Shown in pieces: positions 58,255-64,000 of a DNA stretch of 64,000 nucleotides. Location: the NCBI GenBank assembly GCA_963758515.1, contig CAVWVO010000004.1, positions 1,513 to 65,512 on the forward strand. Direction: 5' to 3'. Origin of the DNA: an uncultured Actinomycetota bacterium (GTDB lineage Bacteria > Actinomycetota > Acidimicrobiia > Acidimicrobiales > Bog-793). Each line of letters begins with the position of its first letter. Positions within the stretch are counted from its first letter, which is position 1. The notes below the pieces were generated by a model. It did no database searches. It saw only the letters and a program-made list of their open reading frames with translations, and was not told where the DNA came from. The translations under genes and the position numbers were made by a program.

Positions 58255-58863
58255 CTATCCGGCCTGGTTCGCGAACATCTCGCTCTCAGCTCTTCGTAGG
58301 TTCTCTGGAAGGTAGCTCCGTTGAAATGTAGGATTGCGACATAGCCAGTCGTAGCCGGCGTGCATGGACTGGAGAAGCCCGAGCCGCTCGTACCAGTGTG
58401 GGCCACTCGGACTGAGGCGATTTACCGTATGGCGGCGGATATAGGTGGCGCTGTGCAACCTCAAGCGCGGCTCCCGGCTGGCCCGTGTATAGTCCGAATC
58501 GAACTGATCCGAGATGTCAGCATCGAGTAGTTTCCATACGCGGTACATCGTCTCGTTGAAGGGCTGTCCGAAATCGAGATCATTGGCAGGCACTCCGCGT
58601 GCCATTTCGGCCAAACTGGATATCGCTTCTCGCATGGGACGCCTATCGGCCTCGAGAATCGAGGAGTACTCACCATGTGTGGCGAGCGCCGACAACCCTC
58701 GCACTACATCATCTCGCGCCGTCTCTCGAATCGCCAGATGGCGGACAATAAATTTGGCCACATGACCATGCTGACTCGGGTCGCCACCTGACTCGGTCGT
58801 CCAGATATTGAAGCCAAGCGGCAGCAGTCGGTTTTCTTTGATCAACAAGTCCAGAGAGTTCAT
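58255..58863 (-). CDS. Hypothetical protein in a low-GC patch
   Basis: Intact 202-aa ORF from MNSLDLLIKENRLL. Family not recognised. Two 60-nt lines inside it count 47-48% G+C. Confidence 0.5.
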   Translation of the reverse strand: MNSLDLLIKENRLLPLGFNIWTTESGGDPSQHGHVAKFIVRHLAIRETARDDVVRGLSALATHGEYSSILEADRRPMREAISSLAEMARGVPANDLDFGQPFNETMYRVWKLLDADISDQFDSDYTRASREPRLRLHSATYIRRHTVNRLSPSGPHWYERLGLLQSMHAGYDWLCRNPTFQRSYLPENLRRAESEMFANQAG

Positions 58864-59013
58864 ACAAGGTCCTTTCCGCCGCCCGAAGTTCACACTAATA
58901 GGAGGCGTCGTGGCATCCGCTCGGTTTCGCGTTTATGTCGACGTTTCAACCCTGATCCCGCGAGAATTGACCGACCGTCCCACACGAGAATGAACCAAGC
59001 TTCCGGGGGAGCC

Positions 59014-61026
59014 TCATGAAGTCTCTTTCGTGACCATCCGCAGTTTCAGTACCCGTTCGGCATGACGTTCCTCTTCGAGGAGCTTCTGTCGAGCCGCGAG
59101 AAGGTCGAACGACGTGATGAGCCCTTCGAGTTGTGACGGGTCCGAACGGGCGACGACCGGGACGACTCCGACACCGAGGCTTGCCATCCTGTCGGCGACA
59201 CTGCGAAGGATCTCGTCGGGATAGGCGACGGAGGTGGGAGCGATCATCGCCTCGAGCACCGTCTTGTCGGCATCGTCGCGATCGGCGAGCACTACAGACC
59301 ACGGCAGAACACCGAGCATCTGCCCGGCAGGGCCGAGGACCGGGTATAGGCGCTGGCGCCGCTCGGGCGAGCCCTCACCGAGAGAGCGGTAGAGCTCGGC
59401 AACCGTTCGCGTCGGCTCGACGGTATAGACGTCTCCATCCATCATCTCGCGAACAAAGGTGGCCTCGAGGGGGTCGACCGAGTACTCCCGCATGACGTGG
59501 AAACCCCTACGGGCGACCTTCTCGGTCAGGATCGACCGCTTAAGGACAAGGACGCTCACGAGGTGGGAAATGCTCGCCGCGATGAGTAGCGCCAGCAGGC
59601 TGTTCGCATCGTGGGTGAGCTCGAAGGCGAATATGACCGCCGTGAAGGGCGACCTCGTGACGCCGGCGAGTGCCCCCGCCATCCCGATGAGCGCCCACAC
59701 GCCCGGAGAGGCACCCGGCATGACATGGCCGATCACGCCGCCGAGAGCGGCACCCATCATGAGGATCGGCGCAAGAATGCCGCCGCTCGTCCCGCCGCCG
59801 AGGCCGCCGGACCAGATGACGAGTTTGACGAAGAAGAGCAGGACGAGGGCGCCGACGCCGAGCTGGCCGAGCAGCTCGGCGTGGATGGTGTTGTAGCCGA
59901 CGCCGAGCGCCCGCGGATCGACGAGTCCGCCGAGGCCGATTATGAGGCCGCCGATCATCGGCCACCACATCCAGTGCAGGTGACTGCTCAGCCTCTTGAA
60001 AGCGTCTTCGAACCGGTAGACCGCCTGGGTCATCAGCCAGGCGGCAAAGCCACAGAGCCCTCCGATGGCCGCCGCCCCGAGGAGGTTCAGGCCGCCGAGG
60101 GGGCTGTGGCCCGGGACAAGGAAGAGTGGTTGCGGCGAGACCAGATGGGCGCTCGCCATCGTCATGCGGAGGGCGTCAGCCGTCGCTGCTGCTATTCCGA
60201 TGAGCACCATCGAACGCGGCTTGAACTCGAAGGCAAGCAGTTCGACACCGAAGAGAGTGGCGGCGACCGGCGTCCCGAAGACGGCGCTCATCCCGGCTGC
60301 GGCACCGGCGACAAGCAGGCTCCGGCGCTCGGCTGCCGTCAGCCGGAACAACTGGCCGACGATGGAGCCAACAGCCCCACCCGTCAGGATGATCGGCCCC
60401 TCGGCCCCGAATGGGCCGCCGGTCCCGATGCTGATCGCACTGGAGATCGGTTTCAGAATGGCCAGGCGCGGCTGCACTTTGCTGCCGTTGATGAGGATCC
60501 GTTCCATGGCTTCTGGAATGCCGTGGCCGCGGATCTGCTCGGAACCGAAACGTGCCATGAGCCCGACGATGAGGCCGCCCCCGACGGGGATGACGATGGC
60601 GATGGCGCCGAGAGTGTTGGCGTTTGGCGAGACCAGGTGGATACTCAGGCGCTGGTAGTAGAAGAGGTTCGTGAAAAAGCCGATCATGGCGAGCAGCGCG
60701 AGCGATATGCCGGCCCCGAGGGCTCCGATGACGACCGCCAACGGCACGAGGCGAAGGATGGCCGGGGTCGTCGTGAAGTCGCCGAGCTCTCGCTCCCGCG
60801 TCTCCTCACTGCGTAGATCTGGCCCTACATAGGACGCCTCGCTCTCGGCATCGAGCTCCGGCGGTACCTCGACCAGGCCGGTGGCAGTCGTCTCGTCATC
60901 CGCCACCAGAACGTGCTGCCGGCCTGGAGATTCGTGAGGCGCCACGGTCGGGTTTGTCTCCGCACTTGCAGATGACAATTCGTTGTTTCTCCGCGCGCCG
61001 CCGAGGGGCGGTAAATATCGCCTCAT
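59014..61026 (-). CDS. ClC-family chloride channel / H+-Cl- antiporter with a C-terminal CBS pair
   Basis: GHGIPEAMERIL, GTGGPFGAEGPIILTGGAVGS, GVFGTPVAA, GGILAPILMMGAALG. C-terminal CBS-like region. ATG confirmed at 61026. Confidence 0.85.
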   Translation of the reverse strand: MRRYLPPLGGARRNNELSSASAETNPTVAPHESPGRQHVLVADDETTATGLVEVPPELDAESEASYVGPDLRSEETRERELGDFTTTPAILRLVPLAVVIGALGAGISLALLAMIGFFTNLFYYQRLSIHLVSPNANTLGAIAIVIPVGGGLIVGLMARFGSEQIRGHGIPEAMERILINGSKVQPRLAILKPISSAISIGTGGPFGAEGPIILTGGAVGSIVGQLFRLTAAERRSLLVAGAAAGMSAVFGTPVAATLFGVELLAFEFKPRSMVLIGIAAATADALRMTMASAHLVSPQPLFLVPGHSPLGGLNLLGAAAIGGLCGFAAWLMTQAVYRFEDAFKRLSSHLHWMWWPMIGGLIIGLGGLVDPRALGVGYNTIHAELLGQLGVGALVLLFFVKLVIWSGGLGGGTSGGILAPILMMGAALGGVIGHVMPGASPGVWALIGMAGALAGVTRSPFTAVIFAFELTHDANSLLALLIAASISHLVSVLVLKRSILTEKVARRGFHVMREYSVDPLEATFVREMMDGDVYTVEPTRTVAELYRSLGEGSPERRQRLYPVLGPAGQMLGVLPWSVVLADRDDADKTVLEAMIAPTSVAYPDEILRSVADRMASLGVGVVPVVARSDPSQLEGLITSFDLLAARQKLLEEERHAERVLKLRMVTKETS

Positions 61027-61050
61027 CGCAACACGATGATATCGTGGTGC

Positions 61051-61503
61051 ATGACCTTTCCTGACGAGGCGTATGCCAAGCTCCTCGCGCTGAGAACGGG
61101 GTTGCGGCGCTTCGAGCACTGGAGCCAGGAGCAAGCCGCCTCGGTGGGGCTGACTGGCACCCAGCACCAGCTGCTGCTCGCGATCAGGGGGCACGACGAC
61201 CCACGAGGACCGACGATCGGCGAGGTGGCCGACTACCTGTTGCTTCGCCACCACAGCGCCGTTGGGCTGGTGGATCGGGCGGAGCTCGCCGGTTTGGTCG
61301 AGCGCGATCGTGACACCGACGACCGACGGGTCGTCCGCCTACGGCTCACCCCCGAGGGGGAGCGTCAGCTCGAGCGCCTTGCGGCACTCCATCTGGAGGA
61401 GCTCGAGCGCCTCGCTCCGGAGATCACCGGCATCTGGGACGGCTTGGCGCCGGCGAACACGGTCCACGGTTTTGGGCGACTCGACCGCGGCGAGGAGAGG
61501 TGA
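61051..61503 (+). CDS. MarR-family transcriptional regulator
   Basis: LTGTQHQLLLAIRGHDDPRGPTIGEVADYLLLRHHSAVGLVDRAELAGLVERDRDTDDRRVVRLRLTPEGE. Divergent from the ClC gene. Confidence 0.8.
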   Translation: MTFPDEAYAKLLALRTGLRRFEHWSQEQAASVGLTGTQHQLLLAIRGHDDPRGPTIGEVADYLLLRHHSAVGLVDRAELAGLVERDRDTDDRRVVRLRLTPEGERQLERLAALHLEELERLAPEITGIWDGLAPANTVHGFGRLDRGEER

Positions 61504-61679
61504 AGTCAGCAGAGCGCCGTTAGGCCCCGTGGCGGGCACTTCTCCGGGGACCATCCGCCACCGCTCTCTTCATTGAGCTCGACGTCGAGACCGGAGAGGT
61601 ATCGGTGCCGGGCCACGAGGATGGCACCTCGCGAGAACGCCACGTTCGTGTGTTTGGACCGGAGAGGCGGAAGCACGAT

Positions 61680-61994
61680 CTAGGACGATCGACCGCGCCT
61701 GGCCGGATAGCCCGCGCGATGACCGTGAACGACCGGGAGTTGATGGAGGACAGCCAGTGGGTGGAAGAAGGTCTCGTGCAGCGCGTGTACCGGATGGAGC
61801 AGAACGCCGTGGCGACAGTAGGGACATGACCCCATCGGCTCTGTTCCCGACGTCACAGCTAGATGGCCGCACCTGTTGCAGCGGGCGAGGCGTAGCAGGC
61901 CGAGGGTCCCCATGAGTCCGATCACTGCCGCTGCGAACACAAGGGCTGCGAAGCAGCAGACGACAATACCTAGCAGTACTTCCACGATGACCAC
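61680..61994 (-). CDS. Hypothetical small protein with an N-terminal TM helix and a CxxC..CxxC zinc-ribbon-like motif
   Basis: VLLGIVVCCFAALVFAAAVIGLMG then CNRCGH...CPYCRH. Confidence 0.4.
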   Translation of the reverse strand: MVIVEVLLGIVVCCFAALVFAAAVIGLMGTLGLLRLARCNRCGHLAVTSGTEPMGSCPYCRHGVLLHPVHALHETFFHPLAVLHQLPVVHGHRAGYPARRGRSS

Positions 61995-62340
61995 GAGTAC
62001 CTCCTAAGACAGCCTTACTCTACTCGTTTCGCGATCCTATCGTGGTTCGATCTGATTATCGGTCGACAGTCGGGCCCTGCTCCTCGGCGGCCGACGAGAA
62101 GCTCGTCAGACGACGCCGGATCCGCCGAGCAGAGCGGCTTTCGCACTGCGTTCCCGATCGAGAGGCGGCCCTGCGTCAGGCAGCGACCGACTGGCTATTG
62201 CAGGAGACCATTGGTCTGCCGGACCCCGATCTGAGAGACCACTGGTATTGACTGGTCGCGGCCTTTCGCCTACATTCGGCTGAATCACGCCCGCCCATTC
62301 GGCCGTCTCACAATCCGGCCCTTCCCCCCTGTACGTCCAG

Positions 62341-63051
62341 GTGGCGCGCCTCATCCTTGATCAGGCTTCAGGCGGCGAGCTCCGAAGTGGTGCGCGGCTT
62401 CCGTCCGAGCGGGCTCTATGTGTACAGCTCGGCGTCAGCCGGGTCACCCTTCGGAAAGCTCTTGCGACCCTTGTTGACGAGGGTGTGCTCGAGTCGTCGC
62501 GGGGCCGGGGCTGGTTCCTCACGACGGGCGTTCTCGCCGAACCGCCGAACGCGCTGCGGTCGTTCACCGAGACCGCCCGCATCCGAGGACTCCAACCGAG
62601 CGCCCGCGTGCTGTCCACCGGCACGCGTCCAGCGTCGATCAGCGAGGCGGAGTCGTTCTCGGTAGCCCCCGGGAGCGAGCTGTTCGAGCTTCGACGGATC
62701 CGTTGCCTCGACGGCATACCGGTCGCCTATGACGAGAGCAGGGTGCCGCTCGGGCTCGCCCCCGGGCTGTCGTCGCTCGACTACACCGTCTCCTCCCTTT
62801 ACGGCGAGCTCGAACGTGCCGGGGTGGCGCCGGTGCGTGCCGACTATGCCGTCGAGGCTGCGGAGGCCGATCCGGAGACGGCGCGCCACCTTGAGCTTTC
62901 CGAGGGGGCGGCCGTGCTGCGGACGGTGCAGACGACGTACTCCGCATCCGACCGAGTCGTGGAGGTGGGCTCGACGACGTACCGGGGCGACCGGTACCGC
63001 TTCCGGGCGTCGCTCTACCGGCCGCTCTCGGAGCGGTTGCTCCGGACATAG
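62341..63051 (+). CDS. GntR-family regulator, HutC subfamily (UTRA effector domain)
   Basis: LPSERALCVQLGVSRVTLRKALATLVDEGVL, then a UTRA-like C-terminal domain. GTG start, short N-terminus. Confidence 0.8.
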   Translation: MARLILDQASGGELRSGARLPSERALCVQLGVSRVTLRKALATLVDEGVLESSRGRGWFLTTGVLAEPPNALRSFTETARIRGLQPSARVLSTGTRPASISEAESFSVAPGSELFELRRIRCLDGIPVAYDESRVPLGLAPGLSSLDYTVSSLYGELERAGVAPVRADYAVEAAEADPETARHLELSEGAAVLRTVQTTYSASDRVVEVGSTTYRGDRYRFRASLYRPLSERLLRT

Positions 63052-63151
63052 GAGCGGCAAGTTTCAGGTTCGCGAGACGGCTTAGGCCATGAAACAGGGG
63101 GTCACTGTGGAAGGAAGTGAGAGAGTGGGCGCTGGCGATCCGTCAAGTGCG

Positions 63152-64000
63152 ATGTCGCGACGAAAGTTCCTCGGTGTCCTCGGCACCGGTGCCGTCGCCC
63201 TTGGAGCGGGCGGCCTGCTCGAGGCTTGCGGAGGCTCCGCCGGGTCGACGACGACGTCCGCAGGATCGTCGTCGTCGAGACCGGTCCGTGGTGGGACCCT
63301 TCACGTCGGCCTCACCGGGGGCGCCAGCTCGGACACGTTGTACCCGCTCGCGCAGGTCACCCCGCCGGACCTCGCCCGCTCGCCTCAGCTCTACAACTCG
63401 CTCATCGAGTTCGACCAGCAGGGACAGCTGGTGCTCAGCCTGGCGGAGGAGATGACGCCGAACTCCAACGCGACGTCGTGGGTGATCCGCGTGAAGAAAG
63501 GGATCACCTTCCACAACGGAAGGACGCTCGGGGCCGACGACGTCATCTTCACGTTCCAGAAGTGCCTCAATCCGAAGGCTCCCGCACCAAGCGCCTCACT
63601 TCTCGTGCCGGTGGACCTCGGGGGCATCAAGAAGCTCGACGAGTACACCGTCATGGTCCCGTGCAAGACACCGTACTCATCGCTGCCGCAGATGATCCAG
63701 AACTACAACATGCCGATCATGCCCGTCGACTGGAACATCCATCACCCGGTCGGCACCGGCCCCTTCGAGTTTGTCTCGTTCACGCCCGGCGTCACGAGCA
63801 CGTTCAAGCGGAACCCGCACTACTTCGAGTCCGGGCTGCCATATCTCGACTCGGTCGTCATAACCGACTACGCCGATGAGACGAGCCTGACGAACGCGCT
63901 CATGTCAGGCCAGGAGGACGCCATCGGCGCCATCTCCGTCGCCTCGGTCGAGGCGTTGCAGAGCGGGAGCCAACAGGTCCTCTTCTCGAATGCGGGCGGC
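63152..64000 (+). CDS. ABC transporter substrate-binding protein, peptide/nickel (family 5) type, with a Tat signal; 3'-partial at the window edge
   Basis: My own translation of the third frame: MSRRKFLGVLGTGAVALGAGGLLEACGG...GGTLHVGLTGGASSDTLYP...WVIRVKKGITFHNGRTLGADDVIFTF... No stop before position 64000. Confidence 0.8.
   Translation, partial: MSRRKFLGVLGTGAVALGAGGLLEACGGSAGSTTTSAGSSSSRPVRGGTLHVGLTGGASSDTLYPLAQVTPPDLARSPQLYNSLIEFDQQGQLVLSLAEEMTPNSNATSWVIRVKKGITFHNGRTLGADDVIFTFQKCLNPKAPAPSASLLVPVDLGGIKKLDEYTVMVPCKTPYSSLPQMIQNYNMPIMPVDWNIHHPVGTGPFEFVSFTPGVTSTFKRNPHYFESGLPYLDSVVITDYADETSLTNALMSGQEDAIGAISVASVEALQSGSQQVLFSNAGG

Overview
High-GC, actinobacterium-like accessory region: sampled 60-nt lines are about 70% G+C, with a few patches near 47-48%. 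I recognise about 45 intact genes and about 20 gene wrecks.

Intact content, in order:
- DmpA-type peptidase.
- Two ArsR / AHSA1-SRPBCC modules.
- Methyltransferase, ankyrin and SnoaL proteins.
- A GntR-PBP regulator beside a tungstate/molybdate-type ABC transporter whose binding-protein gene is frameshifted.
- TSUP exporter.
- A fully intact 10-kb single-strand envelope cluster at 15537-25430. In transcription order it encodes an intramembrane-type histidine kinase, a NarL regulator, a membrane-anchored alpha/beta hydrolase, a PAP2-like/kinase-like protein, a PAP2 phosphatase, and a kinase-like protein fused to an MprF-type flippase-like domain.
- DrrA-like ABC ATPase, hydrolases and a beta-lactamase-like serine hydrolase.
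- NAGPA-type glycosidase.
- MazF/RHH toxin-antitoxin pair.
- NRAMP transporter, aldose epimerase, DUF488 protein, ClC channel, MarR and GntR regulators, and a partial peptide-type binding protein at the 3' edge.

Main observations:
1. The intact kinase / kinase-like / PAP2 / flippase-like cluster, with a shared 17-bp box upstream of both of its operons, is the best candidate for an undescribed system.
2. Four + strand copies of a composite attP-like module occur. Each has paired 11-mer arm-type repeats, a conserved block and the 3' 45 nt of a tRNA-Ala(UGC)-like sequence, and some carry an integrase N-terminal remnant. This suggests tandem, decayed integrative elements.
3. Frameshifted or truncated genes are distributed very unevenly, which argues for real gene decay rather than uniform sequencing error.

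No rRNA gene, functional tRNA or CRISPR array was seen.
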